From a bacterium (GTDB lineage Bacteria > Cyanobacteriota > Sericytochromatia > S15B-MN24 > VGJW01), in contig JAJYIO010000001.1 in NCBI GenBank assembly GCA_021790035.1, positions 1 to 31,531 on the forward strand: a stretch of 31,531 nt of DNA, read 5' to 3'. Every line of letters begins with the position of its first letter. The first letter of the stretch is position 1. Below the pieces are notes generated by a model. That model was not told the DNA's origin and did not search any database. It saw only the letters and a list, made by a program, of their open reading frames with translations. The position numbers and the translations under genes were made by a program. Positions 8,680-17,922 of the stretch are shown one piece after another.

Positions 8680-8903
8680 CGACCCGTCAGGGTCCTCTTC
8701 GTGGCGAGGGGGGCCCTGGCCCGAGAATCGGCGTTGGCCCGGAGGATGGCGTCGGTCCCGGCTTCGAGGCGATCGGCCAGGTCCCGCAACAAGGAGTCCC
8801 GGACGGCCGCGGTCGTATGCGCCAGGACCGGCCAGGCCTGCCTGGTCGCCAGGGCGAGGTCGCGCACGGGTCGCTGGTTCCCTCGATCGCTCACGAGACC
8901 CAT
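8676..8903 (-). pseudogene. proA: Probable remnant of gamma-glutamyl phosphate reductase (ProA), 75 aa
   Basis: ATRQAWPVLAHTTAAVRDSLLRDLADRLEAGTDAILRANAD resembles the ProA N-terminal helix pattern (A+.A...LA.......+..L..IAD.LE.....IL.AN..D). It sits directly before nadD with an ATGA overlap, where proA lies in many Terrabacteria. Full ProA is about 410-420 aa. Confidence 0.6.
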
Positions 8904-8999
8904 ATTAACCCGCTGCCGGGACCTTTCTGGAACCTTCGCACGCCCGCCGGTTTCAGGACCTGTGAGAATTCGCTAGCGTGGCGACAGGGAGGAGCCGCG

Positions 9000-9296
9000 A
9001 TGGAAGCCCAACCAGTCGCCTTTCAGGTTGCGCAGCCGGATCCGGCTTGCCAGGCCCGCATCTTGCCGGAGGATTCTCCCGGTCGGCTCGTGCTCATGGC
9101 CCAGCACGACCTGACCCGCGCCAAGATCCGCCTCGACGCGCTCCAGCGCGAGGTCTGCCAGCGCTCCCTCGCGCCCGGAGCCGGTGCATCGGGGACGATG
9201 CGTGCGCTGGTCGTCGCCGAAGTGGCCCAGCTCGTCGTCGTGCGAGAGGCCATCCGACGCTGGCTCGTGGCCCGCCGAGACTCCGATCGGGCCTGA
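9000..9296 (+). CDS. Small hypothetical protein (98 aa), probably helical
   Basis: Strong Shine-Dalgarno AGGGAGGAG 5 nt before ATG9000; fills the gap between the divergent nadD operon and a convergent lipoprotein gene. No family recognised. Confidence 0.6.
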   Translation: MEAQPVAFQVAQPDPACQARILPEDSPGRLVLMAQHDLTRAKIRLDALQREVCQRSLAPGAGASGTMRALVVAEVAQLVVVREAIRRWLVARRDSDRA

Positions 9297-9354
9297 GCCA
9301 ACAGGGCCCGGGCGCAGGGCGATGCCGGGCGCACCCGAACGCGCCCACGCTCCT

Positions 9355-9930
9355 TCACAGCCCCGTCGACACCAGAGCGCTGGCCGGCCCGCTCTGCGCC
9401 AGCGTGATGCCGAGGACCTCGACGATCTTCTCGACGTCCTCGGCGATCGCCTGCGCCGCACCACCGCCGGGACACGCCAGGTCCGGCGTTTGCTGCCCGG
9501 AGAAGCTCACGGTGAGCGCGGCATGGGCCGACGTCGCCGTACACGATCCAGCGGGTAACGAGGCCAGCGGCAGGGAGCTCGAGAGGTCACCGAACAGGTT
9601 GCGGGCCAGCATCGCGGGCACCTGTTCGCTTCCCGTTCCCGACGAGGTCTGGTAGGCAACCTGTCCGTCCGGCGCCACCAGGATCCGGTAACCGGAAACC
9701 GTGGGGGTACCCGCGCTGACGATCAGCGCCATCGTCGCTGGAACGGCGGCAAAGGAGAGTTCGCTGGCTGACGGCTCGGCAGAGTCGATCACGCCGGAGT
9801 CCGCGGATCCGGATGGGGCCTGGAGCAGCAGCGGCGACGGCGACTGCCTCGGACCAGTAGGCTCCGAGCCCGTCGAGGCCGGACATCCGGCCAGAACCAT
9901 CACGATCGCCACCAGGGCAAACCGGCACAT
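9355..9930 (-). CDS. Hypothetical lipoprotein (191 aa)
   Basis: MCRFALVAIVMVLAGC lipobox, Ser/Pro-rich tether, then a globular domain with two Cys. Confidence 0.7.
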   Translation of the reverse strand: MCRFALVAIVMVLAGCPASTGSEPTGPRQSPSPLLLQAPSGSADSGVIDSAEPSASELSFAAVPATMALIVSAGTPTVSGYRILVAPDGQVAYQTSSGTGSEQVPAMLARNLFGDLSSSLPLASLPAGSCTATSAHAALTVSFSGQQTPDLACPGGGAAQAIAEDVEKIVEVLGITLAQSGPASALVSTGL

Positions 9931-9996
9931 GCCACGAGGCTAGGCTGGAGACGCTCGTCCAGCCACGGCCAAACTGACCGAGGCAAACCGGCCGAC

Positions 9997-11361
9997 ATGG
10001 CGTACCTGCACCCATCCAGGTTACGATGGGTAGAGACCTTGCAGACAGACTCCCCCTCGCCAAGCTCCCAGGGTGCGGCTGCGACGCCAGCCACCTCTTC
10101 GGGCGGTCCGCGGCCGCCCCGTTTCTTGAGGGCGCTCGGCGCATACAACTACCGCCTGTGGTTTGGCGGGCAGGGCCTGTCGCTCATCGGAACCTGGATG
10201 CAGCGCGTCACGGTGAGCTGGGTCGTCTGGACGATGACCCATTCGGCCCTGTTGCTCGGTTTGGTGGGATTTGCCGGCCAGATCTTCACCTTTGCGCTCT
10301 CGCCCGTCGCCGGGGTCCTCAGCGATCGCTGGAATCGCTACCGCATCATGCTGGTCACGCAGACGCTGTCGCTGGTGCAGGCCGCATTGATGGCAGCCCT
10401 CGCGCTGGCCCACATGCTGACCGTCTGGGAGATCTTCGTCTTGAGTGCGGTGCTGGGCGCGATCAACGCCTTCGACGTCCCGGCCCGCCAGGCCTTCACC
10501 GTCGAGATGGTCGAACGGGCCGAGGATCTTCCCAACGCGATCGCCCTCAACTCGACGCTCGTGAACGGCGCTCGAATGGTTGGCCCGGCCACGGCCGGAA
10601 TCCTCCTCAAGGCGGTGGGCGCGGGCGTCTCCTTCCTGCTCAACGCGGTGAGCTTCGTGTTCGTCATAGGCGCCCTCCTCTTGATGCATGTCACGTTCCG
10701 GCCGCGCCAGCGCGGGAAGCAGCGAATGGGACGCGAGATGGCGGAGGGACTCTCGTATGTCCGTCAGAATCGGCCCATCCGCACGGTCCTGATCATCCTG
10801 GCGCTGGTCAGCCTGTTCGCGATGCCGTACCAGCAGCTCATGCCCATCTTCGCCGCTCAGATCCTGCGCGGCGGCCCGCAGACGCTCGGCTTCCTCATGG
10901 CCGCTGCCGGGGTGGGGGCGATCGCGGGAAGCATCTTCCTGGCCTCCCGCGAGGATCCCAGGCACCTGCCGCTGGCGCTGCTCGTCGGGCTCTTCCTGTT
11001 CGGCGGCGCGCTGGTGGGATTTGCCCTCTCGCACACTCTATGGCTGTCCTTGGCCATCCTCGTGCTCGTGGGCTTCGGGATGATGGTCCTCATCACGGCC
11101 GGCAACACCCTCTTGCAAACGGTCGTCGACGACGAGATGCGGGGCCGCGTGATGAGCCTCTACACGATGGCGTTCTTCGGCATGGGCCCCTGGGGCAACC
11201 TGCTGGCTGGAGCCCTGGCCAGCGCGGTGGGCGCCCCGTTCACGATCGCCGTGGCGGGAACTCTCTGCCTGGCGAGCGGGGTCGCCTTCGCCCGACCGCT
11301 CCTCGAACTGGCCAGGGCCCCGCGGGATTCTTCGGCCACGCGTCAGAGGGGTCCGGCCTGA
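9997..11361 (+). CDS. MFS transporter (MFS_3/EntS-like H+ antiporter group)
   Basis: NYRLWFGGQGLSLIGTWMQ, AGVLSDRWNRYRIM (motif A), AFDVPARQA, NAIALNS..N.ARMVGP, MRGRVMSLY; about 12 hydrophobic segments. Exact start uncertain. Confidence 0.93.
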   Translation: MAYLHPSRLRWVETLQTDSPSPSSQGAAATPATSSGGPRPPRFLRALGAYNYRLWFGGQGLSLIGTWMQRVTVSWVVWTMTHSALLLGLVGFAGQIFTFALSPVAGVLSDRWNRYRIMLVTQTLSLVQAALMAALALAHMLTVWEIFVLSAVLGAINAFDVPARQAFTVEMVERAEDLPNAIALNSTLVNGARMVGPATAGILLKAVGAGVSFLLNAVSFVFVIGALLLMHVTFRPRQRGKQRMGREMAEGLSYVRQNRPIRTVLIILALVSLFAMPYQQLMPIFAAQILRGGPQTLGFLMAAAGVGAIAGSIFLASREDPRHLPLALLVGLFLFGGALVGFALSHTLWLSLAILVLVGFGMMVLITAGNTLLQTVVDDEMRGRVMSLYTMAFFGMGPWGNLLAGALASAVGAPFTIAVAGTLCLASGVAFARPLLELARAPRDSSATRQRGPA

Positions 11362-11473
11362 ATAGACGGGGCCCGAGCCAACCGGGGTTGCCGCCCGGCT
11401 GTGGATCACGGGAGGCTCCGCCCGACAGGCAGGCGCAGAAGCGCGCCGTGCTGCCGCGAGGAGCCGCCGGGAC

Positions 11474-12109
11474 CTACTTCTTGGCGGCCGGCTTGGAGAT
11501 TCCCGGCACGGCCCGCTGCGGAGAGTTGAGGAGCGTCAGCACGTCATCGGTGATGTCCGGAAGACCCAGCAGGCCAACCCGCGAGTCGATCACGGCCTCC
11601 AGGTGATGCCGGCGGGCGATCGTTGCGACGGCCTGCTTGGCCTGGACGAGCAGCGTGGAATTGAGCTGATCGGCCAGGGCATCGGCTCGCTCCTTGCGTC
11701 GCCGCAGGCGATCGGCATACTCGGCCTGCACCTTCTTGAGCCTTGACTTGGCGGCGTCCCGAGCCGTCTGGTACCGGGTCTTGACCTTGATGTCGCTCGT
11801 GGCTGCGGCCACGGCGGCGTCGTCCGACGCTATATCCGACTGCAGCGCCTCGATCTTCTTCTGGCCCTCGGCGAGATCGGCCTGGAACTTCTCTTGTTCG
11901 GCCTGATACTCGTCCTGGATGTCGTTGGCCTTCTTGTACTCGGTCTGCAATCGCTGCACGTCCACCGTGCCGATGGCAGGGGCCCCGCACTCCGACGCCT
12001 TCTCTCGCCGGGCGGGCGCAGGCCGGTGCAGCACCCGGGCGTCGACCGCCGGAGCCAGAACGACCAGGGTGGCCGCCACCGCGCCGACCCAACCGATCGC
12101 CTTGCGCAA
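11474..12109 (-). CDS. skp: OmpH/Skp family periplasmic chaperone (211 aa from TTG12109)
   Basis: AAGGAGG SD before TTG, signal peptide ending in AVDA, AIGTVDVQRL, long coiled coil, C-terminal AVATIARRHHLEAVID..DITDDVLTLLN. Confidence 0.85.
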   Translation of the reverse strand: MRKAIGWVGAVAATLVVLAPAVDARVLHRPAPARREKASECGAPAIGTVDVQRLQTEYKKANDIQDEYQAEQEKFQADLAEGQKKIEALQSDIASDDAAVAAATSDIKVKTRYQTARDAAKSRLKKVQAEYADRLRRRKERADALADQLNSTLLVQAKQAVATIARRHHLEAVIDSRVGLLGLPDITDDVLTLLNSPQRAVPGISKPAAKK

Positions 12110-12373
12110 GAAATCCTCCTTGGCTACCTTAGCCCACGTGTCCTGACCGCGTCCTCGTGCAGGGCGCGCACGATGGCGCAACTTGCAGACGATCATCTTA
12201 GAACGTTTTCAGCTTGAAGGGGTCCCTCTGCGCGGTCGCTGCACGACCGGGCCCTCTTCGACTCTTCGAGCCCGCTCCATCCAGCCCGGGAGCATTCCAG
12301 CCATCGAAGAAAACCCGGCCAGGGATGTCGTTCGGTTTGGCTCGCGGGACCACCCGGGGATAAGATCTCGAAG

Positions 12374-12967
12374 ATGACGGAGTTATCGCCGATCGGCCCG
12401 GTAGCCGCCGCCCTGCGGGGACGGCCCAAGGTAGCAATCGCCGACCCGAGCCTGGCCCGCTCGGCGGTCCTCGTGCCCCTCTTCGTCGACGACGGCGAGC
12501 TGGGTGCGGTGTTCTTGCGCCGGAGTGACCAGGTCGAGCATCACAAGCGCGAGTATTGCTTCCCCGGGGGGCACTTCGAGCCGCAAGACGAGTCCCTGTC
12601 CGCGACCGCCCTGCGCGAGAGCGCCGAGGAGGTCGGCCTGGCCCCCGGCGACGTGAAGATCCTCGGCGAACTCGACGACGTCCGCACGGCCCACGCGGTC
12701 ATGATCACGCCGTTCGTGGGCTCGTTCCCCTTCCCCTATCGATTCGTTCCCAACCCCGCGGAGGTCGAGGCGATCGTCTTGCTGCGCCTCTCGCGCCTGC
12801 TGGCTCCGGGTGTCCGCACGATCGAGGCGTGGAACCGGCCCCGCCCGGGCTCCTCCGTCGCCGAGCCCCGGACCTTCACCTTCTATCGCGTCGACCAGCA
12901 CGTGATCTGGGGCGCCACGGCCCTGATCCTCGATCAGCTCCTGGGCGCGATCGGAAACTTGCCTTGA
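12374..12967 (+). CDS. Nudix hydrolase, CoA pyrophosphatase subfamily
   Basis: SAVLVPL, LRRSDQVEHHKREYCFPGG, Nudix box GG.....DESLSATALRESAEEVGL, C-terminal IWGATALIL. Confidence 0.92.
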   Translation: MTELSPIGPVAAALRGRPKVAIADPSLARSAVLVPLFVDDGELGAVFLRRSDQVEHHKREYCFPGGHFEPQDESLSATALRESAEEVGLAPGDVKILGELDDVRTAHAVMITPFVGSFPFPYRFVPNPAEVEAIVLLRLSRLLAPGVRTIEAWNRPRPGSSVAEPRTFTFYRVDQHVIWGATALILDQLLGAIGNLP

Positions 12968-13701
12968 GGCGGCGGTCGGACGGCTCGGGGCTGGTCCTGG
13001 CGATTGGCACGGCTCTGGGAATCTCCGGTTGCCAGGCCCAGGCGCCCGTGTTGACGGTGGGACAGCCGCACACGATCGTCGTCCAGCGGGACGGAGACGC
13101 TCAGCCGACCGTGCAAGTGGCGATCCCGGTCATCGCCACCGGGGCCTCGTCCCTCGCCCTGGAGCGAGACGGCGCCACGGTCGCCACGATCGCCAACATC
13201 GCTGCCGCAACGCCGAGCGCGTGGCTTCCCGGCGGCATCGACATCTGGGATCGCGCCGCGTCCTACGCCCTCTCGCTCGACTACCAGGTCGTGGCGACGT
13301 CCGGAGGATCGACGGTCACGCAGGACGTGCCGGTGTCGATCAGCCAGACTCTCACGGCCTTTCCGCAGATCACGTTTCCCGTGGACGGCAGCCGCCAGCA
13401 AGGCAGCCAGCCCACCATTCTCTGGACTCCCGTCGGAGTGGCCCAGGCCAACCCGGCCGACGGCTACCGCCTCGACGCCTGGTACGTGAACAACCCCTCG
13501 ATCCCCGAGATGTCCTACTTTTTCGGGCCGGACGAGGATCGGTTCGACTGGGGGCAACCGGCGACCTCCTCGACGGGCCAGGAGATCTACCCTGCGCAGC
13601 TGACGGCCGGTGTGCCGGTCGAGATCCAGGTCGTGGCGATCGCCACCACGTCCTTCGAGACCGACGAGAACGTGTCCAAGACCATCACGTTCGTCCCCTG
13701 A
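12964..13701 (+). CDS. Hypothetical beta-rich (Ig-like) lipoprotein (245 aa from TTG12964)
   Basis: TTG start overlaps the Nudix TGA (TTGA); RRR plus hydrophobic stretch plus ISGC lipobox; beta-strand-rich mature part. The 381-aa ORF in the track is an upstream over-extension. Confidence 0.7.
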   Translation: MRRRSDGSGLVLAIGTALGISGCQAQAPVLTVGQPHTIVVQRDGDAQPTVQVAIPVIATGASSLALERDGATVATIANIAAATPSAWLPGGIDIWDRAASYALSLDYQVVATSGGSTVTQDVPVSISQTLTAFPQITFPVDGSRQQGSQPTILWTPVGVAQANPADGYRLDAWYVNNPSIPEMSYFFGPDEDRFDWGQPATSSTGQEIYPAQLTAGVPVEIQVVAIATTSFETDENVSKTITFVP

Positions 13702-13820
13702 CGCCTGGCGCCGGATCGGTCGAGTCGCCCGGAGCCCGGCCCCCTGACCCCGCCCGGCAGCAAGCTCGAGATCGGCCTCGGGCGCCTCCGGAACCCCTCA
13801 AAATCCGGTACTCTGGCAGC

Positions 13821-15110
13821 ATGCTCGATCTCAAAGTCATCCGTAACACCCCCGACGTCGTGCGCAAGGCTCTGGCCGACCGCCAGGACGATCCTGGCAA
13901 GGTCGATCGTTTGCTGGCCCTGGATTCCGAGTTCCGCCAGCTGCAGGTTCGCATCGATGGCCTGCGCGAGGAGCGCAACCGCGCCAGCAAGACCATCGGC
14001 GCCATCAAGACCGGCAAGGCCGAGGGCGACGTCGCCGTCCTCCAGGAGGACATGCGCAAGCTTGGCGACGAGCTCAAGACGCTCGAAGAGCGTCAAAAGG
14101 AGATCGAGCTCGAACGCATGGATCCTGCCGGCGGGGTCCTCTTCACCATCCCCAACATCCCCCACGAGACCGTTCCCGTGGGCCCTGACGAGTCGGCAAA
14201 CGTCGAGGTGCGGCGGTGGGGGACGGTGCCCACCTTCTCCTTCGGCGTCCACAGCCACGACGAGGTCGGCGAGGGGCTCGGCATGCTCGATCTGGCGCGA
14301 GCGACCAAGCTCGCCGGCGCCCGGTTCGTCTTGCAGATCGGGCCGCTGGCGAGGCTCGAGCGGGCGCTCTACAACCTCATGCTCGACCTTCACACGCAGC
14401 ATGGCTACACCGAGGTGATGCCCCCGGCGATCGCCAACGAGGAGACGCTGACGGCCAACGGCAACCTGCCCAAGTTCAAAGATCAGCTCTTCAAGCTCGA
14501 GGAGTGGCCCTATTACCTGATCCCCACCGCCGAAGTCCCGCTCACCAACATCCGCCGGGGCGAGATCCTCGACGCCGCGGAGCTGCCGATGCGCATGACG
14601 GCGTTCACGCCCTGCTTCCGCAGCGAGGCCGGCGCGGCCGGCAGGGATACCAAGGGCATCATCCGCGTCCACCAGTTCGACAAGGTGGAGCTGGTCAAGG
14701 TGGTCCACCCCGACTCCTCGTACGACGAGCTGGAATCGATGGTCAACGACGCCGAGCGGATCCTGCAGACCCTCGGTTTGCCGTACCGTGTCGTTGCGCT
14801 CAGCACCGGCGATCTCGGGTTCAACGCCGCCAAGACCTACGACATCGAGGTCTGGTTCCCCAGCCAGAACAAGTACCGCGAGATCAGCTCCTGCTCCAAC
14901 TGCACGGATTTCCAGGCCCGCCGCGGGCAGACCCGTTTCCGCGAGGACGGCCAGATTCGCTTCCCGCATACGCTCAACGGCTCGGGCCTGGCGGTCGGCC
15001 GCTGCCTGGCGGCGATCCTGGAGAACTACCAGCGCGAAGACGGCTCGGTCGCCCTTCCCGAGGCGTTGCATCCCTACATGGGTGGCCTCACCGAGTTGCG
15101 CCGAGCATAG
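13821..15110 (+). CDS. serS: Serine--tRNA ligase (429 aa from ATG13821)
   Basis: MLDLKVIR, N-terminal coiled coil, IPNIPHETVPVG.DE..NVEVRRWG, YLIPTAEVPLTN, FRSEAGAAGRDTKGIIRVHQFDKVE, YREISSCSNCTDFQARR, HTLNGSGLAVGR, ILENYQ. Confidence 0.99.
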   Translation: MLDLKVIRNTPDVVRKALADRQDDPGKVDRLLALDSEFRQLQVRIDGLREERNRASKTIGAIKTGKAEGDVAVLQEDMRKLGDELKTLEERQKEIELERMDPAGGVLFTIPNIPHETVPVGPDESANVEVRRWGTVPTFSFGVHSHDEVGEGLGMLDLARATKLAGARFVLQIGPLARLERALYNLMLDLHTQHGYTEVMPPAIANEETLTANGNLPKFKDQLFKLEEWPYYLIPTAEVPLTNIRRGEILDAAELPMRMTAFTPCFRSEAGAAGRDTKGIIRVHQFDKVELVKVVHPDSSYDELESMVNDAERILQTLGLPYRVVALSTGDLGFNAAKTYDIEVWFPSQNKYREISSCSNCTDFQARRGQTRFREDGQIRFPHTLNGSGLAVGRCLAAILENYQREDGSVALPEALHPYMGGLTELRRA

Positions 15111-15191
15111 AGCGCTGTTCGGGGGGGTTGATGTAGCGCGGCAGTCAAATCGGAGCCGTTAGGCGCACGAGCCTCCGGGAATACTGCTTGC

Positions 15192-15221
15192 AAAAGACGG
15201 ACCGATCGTCCGTGCGCTTTT
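15192..15221 (+). terminator. Possible intrinsic terminator between serS and the pilT operon
   Basis: AAAAG-ACGGAC-CGATC-GTCCGT-GCG-CTTTT: 6-bp stem with A/T-run flanks, about 80 nt after the serS stop. Confidence 0.35.
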
Positions 15222-15237
15222 CGCCAAAGGAGCCCGC

Positions 15238-15822
15238 GTGAGCGTCGAAACCTCCGTTCCGCAGCAAGCCACCGCATTCAGCCACCCACGACTGGCCGAT
15301 CTCATCAAGCGCGCCCAGGCCGCGCCCGGCGTCGGACCGGTCATCATCCAGACACTCGGAGACCTCGTGCACGCGCAGGATTCCGTGCTGATGTGCTTCT
15401 ACTCGCTCGACGCCGGAGCAGGCGGAGTGGCTCCCGATGCCAACAACTACTACGCCTGCGAGGTCGTCCTCGTGACGAGCGCCTACTACATCAACATCGG
15501 GCTGTTCCCCAAGAGCCACATGTACCGCAAGCGCAAGATCGCCACGATCTCCGACTGCCAGGTCAAGTACGACCCACCCTCCCCCGAGGAGCTGCGCGGC
15601 CTGCAACCGGGCAAGTTCGCTCCCAACAACATCGCGCTGACGGTCGTCTTCGCCGACGAACGCGGCAACCCGGTCGACACCTGGTCCATCGAGTCCTCGG
15701 CCCCGGATCAAGTCCGCAATCTCACCGATATCGCCCGGTTCGCCAGCAAGTGCGTGGGATACCCGCTGGCCAAGATCGGCCAGCCAGCGGCTGCGCCCAG
15801 CGCCGGGCAGGCCAGCGCATGA
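15238..15822 (+). CDS. Hypothetical cytoplasmic protein, possible PH-like fold (194 aa)
   Basis: AAAGGAG SD before GTG, typical codon style, stop overlaps pilT start (ATGA). Strand/helix pattern VVLVTS..YINI..KIATISDCQVKY..IALTVVF..WSIES..helix. Confidence 0.75.
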   Translation: MSVETSVPQQATAFSHPRLADLIKRAQAAPGVGPVIIQTLGDLVHAQDSVLMCFYSLDAGAGGVAPDANNYYACEVVLVTSAYYINIGLFPKSHMYRKRKIATISDCQVKYDPPSPEELRGLQPGKFAPNNIALTVVFADERGNPVDTWSIESSAPDQVRNLTDIARFASKCVGYPLAKIGQPAAAPSAGQASA

Positions 15823-16910
15823 ATATCCTCGACTTCCTGCGCACCGCCGTCCAGAAGCGCGCCTCCGACATTCACATCAAGGTCGGCAATCCGCCGATCC
15901 TCCGGATCGACAGCCGCATCGTTCCCACCGAATACAAGCCGCTGACTCCGGCGGATACCCGCCAGGCGCTCTACTCGCTCATGAGCGCCGACCAGCGCCA
16001 GCGCTTCGAGAACGACCGCGAGATCGACATCTCCTTGACCATCGAGGGCCTGTCGCGGTTCCGCGTCAACGTCTACTTCGAGCAGGGCAACATCGGCGCG
16101 GCCATGCGCGTCATCCCCATCAAGACGCCGACGATCGACTCGATGAACCTGCCCCCCGTGATCAAGAAGCTGGCCCTCGAGCGCCAGGGTCTGGTCCTGT
16201 GCACGGGCCCCACGGGCTCGGGCAAGACCACGACCCTCACCTCGATGCTGGAGTTCGTCAACACCACCAAGGATGTTCACATCATCACGATCGAAGACCC
16301 GATCGAGTTCATCTACACCAACAAGAAGTCGATCATCACGCAGCGCGAGCTCGGCATGGACACCCTGTCCTTCCCCAACGCCATCAAGTACGCCCTGCGC
16401 CAGGATCCCGACGTCATCCTGATCGGCGAGATGCGCGACCAGGATACCATCATGGCCGCGGTCAAGGCGGCCGAGACGGGCCACCTCGTGCTGTCCACGC
16501 TGCACACGACCGATGCCGTCCAGACCATCACCCGCGTCATCAACACCTTCGCGCCCCACGAGCAGGAGGGCATCCGCCACCAGCTGGCCAACACCCTGCG
16601 CGGATCGGTCTCGCAACGCCTCATCCCGCGGGCGAGCGGCGTCGGGCGAACGGCAGCCGTCGAGGTCCTGGTCAGCACCCCCACGGTGACGGACCTCATC
16701 TTCAAGAACGAGATCGAGCAGATCTACCACGTCATCGACCAGGGGCAGATGGACGGCATGCAGACGATGAATGCCGCGCTGTTCAGCCTGTTCCAGGAGG
16801 ATCTGATCTCGCTCGACGATGCCCTCTCGTATTCCGAGAATCCGAACGAGCTGCAGCGGATGATGCGAGGAGCCTTCCACGGCTCGGGATCGACCTTCCA
16901 GCACACGTAG
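15819..16910 (+). CDS. pilT: PilT/PilU-family type IV pilus retraction ATPase (363 aa from ATG15819)
   Basis: ASDIHIKVGNPPILRID, RFRVNVY, Walker A GPTGSGKTT, ITIEDPIEF, QRELG.D, ALRQDPDVILIGEMRD, His box AETGHLVLSTLHT, GMQTM. The AIRNLIRE motif is replaced by TVTDLIFK, which is PilU-like. Confidence 0.92.
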   Translation: MNILDFLRTAVQKRASDIHIKVGNPPILRIDSRIVPTEYKPLTPADTRQALYSLMSADQRQRFENDREIDISLTIEGLSRFRVNVYFEQGNIGAAMRVIPIKTPTIDSMNLPPVIKKLALERQGLVLCTGPTGSGKTTTLTSMLEFVNTTKDVHIITIEDPIEFIYTNKKSIITQRELGMDTLSFPNAIKYALRQDPDVILIGEMRDQDTIMAAVKAAETGHLVLSTLHTTDAVQTITRVINTFAPHEQEGIRHQLANTLRGSVSQRLIPRASGVGRTAAVEVLVSTPTVTDLIFKNEIEQIYHVIDQGQMDGMQTMNAALFSLFQEDLISLDDALSYSENPNELQRMMRGAFHGSGSTFQHT

Positions 16911-17058
16911 CCGCCTCTCGAACCTGGGCCCGGCAGCCTCGAGGAATGGTCGCAGCCAGCTCGAAGCCCGGGCGACGGGGAAGAAGGCAGGGCCTGCCAG
17001 AAAGACCCTCGGGGCCTGGCCGGGGCTAGGCGCCGGGCGATCGGGGTATACAGCGAAC

Positions 17059-17673
17059 ATGAGAAGGGCGATCGCCACGGCGGTCGCAGTCTGCGCCATG
17101 GCGGGCTGCGGCTGGTACACCAACTTTCCCGCCAACATCCAGATCAAGGGGGTCAGCCCGTCGACCGTGACCGTCGACTACACGACGACCACCTCGAGCG
17201 GCACCAGCACGACCACCACCAACTACACCCAGCCGACCTTGACCCTCGAAGGCGCGCCCGGCAGTGTCGGCGCCACGTACACCGACCTCACGATCACCTA
17301 CCACTCGGCCGCGACGGCCTCGGTGTCGGGACTGGGGCCGCTCCTGAGCGGCATCACCCCCAATCCCGTCTACTCGGGACAGACCATCCGCGTCGACTCC
17401 TCGGCCCTGCGATCGAACTACGCGCAGGGCACCCAGGATATGGTCGGCCTGGCTCCCGGCGCAAACACCTCGCAACAGCAGCCCCTCATCATCGGGATCG
17501 CCTCAGCGTCCGTCCCGGTGATCAGTGCGGACGTGATCAAGTACGGCAATCCCGCCAGCAACAACGCGTCGCAGATCGTCGCGGACGTCACGCTGGACGG
17601 GATGGACGACGCGCATTTCCAGACCCACCTGGACGTCCAGATCCCGATCTCCTTCGTCAGCGACACCCTGTAG
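17059..17673 (+). CDS. Hypothetical lipoprotein, Thr/Ser-rich and beta-rich (204 aa)
   Basis: MRRAIATAVAVCAMAGC lipobox; immediately upstream of a Flp pilin gene. Confidence 0.8.
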   Translation: MRRAIATAVAVCAMAGCGWYTNFPANIQIKGVSPSTVTVDYTTTTSSGTSTTTTNYTQPTLTLEGAPGSVGATYTDLTITYHSAATASVSGLGPLLSGITPNPVYSGQTIRVDSSALRSNYAQGTQDMVGLAPGANTSQQQPLIIGIASASVPVISADVIKYGNPASNNASQIVADVTLDGMDDAHFQTHLDVQIPISFVSDTL

Positions 17674-17681
17674 GCTCGCTC

Positions 17682-17879
17682 GTGCCCGCTGTCTGCCGCG
17701 TCCCGCTCCGCGCCCGGATCCGAGCCATCCTCGGCGGGGAGGACGGCCAGGCCATGGTCGAGTACGGGGCCATGGCCGCCGGCCTCCTGATCGGCATGGC
17801 GGTCGCCATCAAGGGGATGCAGATGGCGCTCTCGCGTTCGCTAGAGCAGCAGTACCAGGCCCTGTCCAGCGCTCCTTGA
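17682..17879 (+). CDS. flp: Flp/Fap-like pilin 1 (divergent, 65 aa)
   Basis: EDG|QAMVEY prepilin cleavage motif with E+5/Y+6, hydrophobic helix, short amphipathic C-terminus. Start site uncertain. Confidence 0.75.
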   Translation: MPAVCRVPLRARIRAILGGEDGQAMVEYGAMAAGLLIGMAVAIKGMQMALSRSLEQQYQALSSAP

Positions 17880-17922
17880 GGGTGCGCGGGGGTTCGCGCA
17901 GGCCGGGCGCTTCAGGCTCCCG

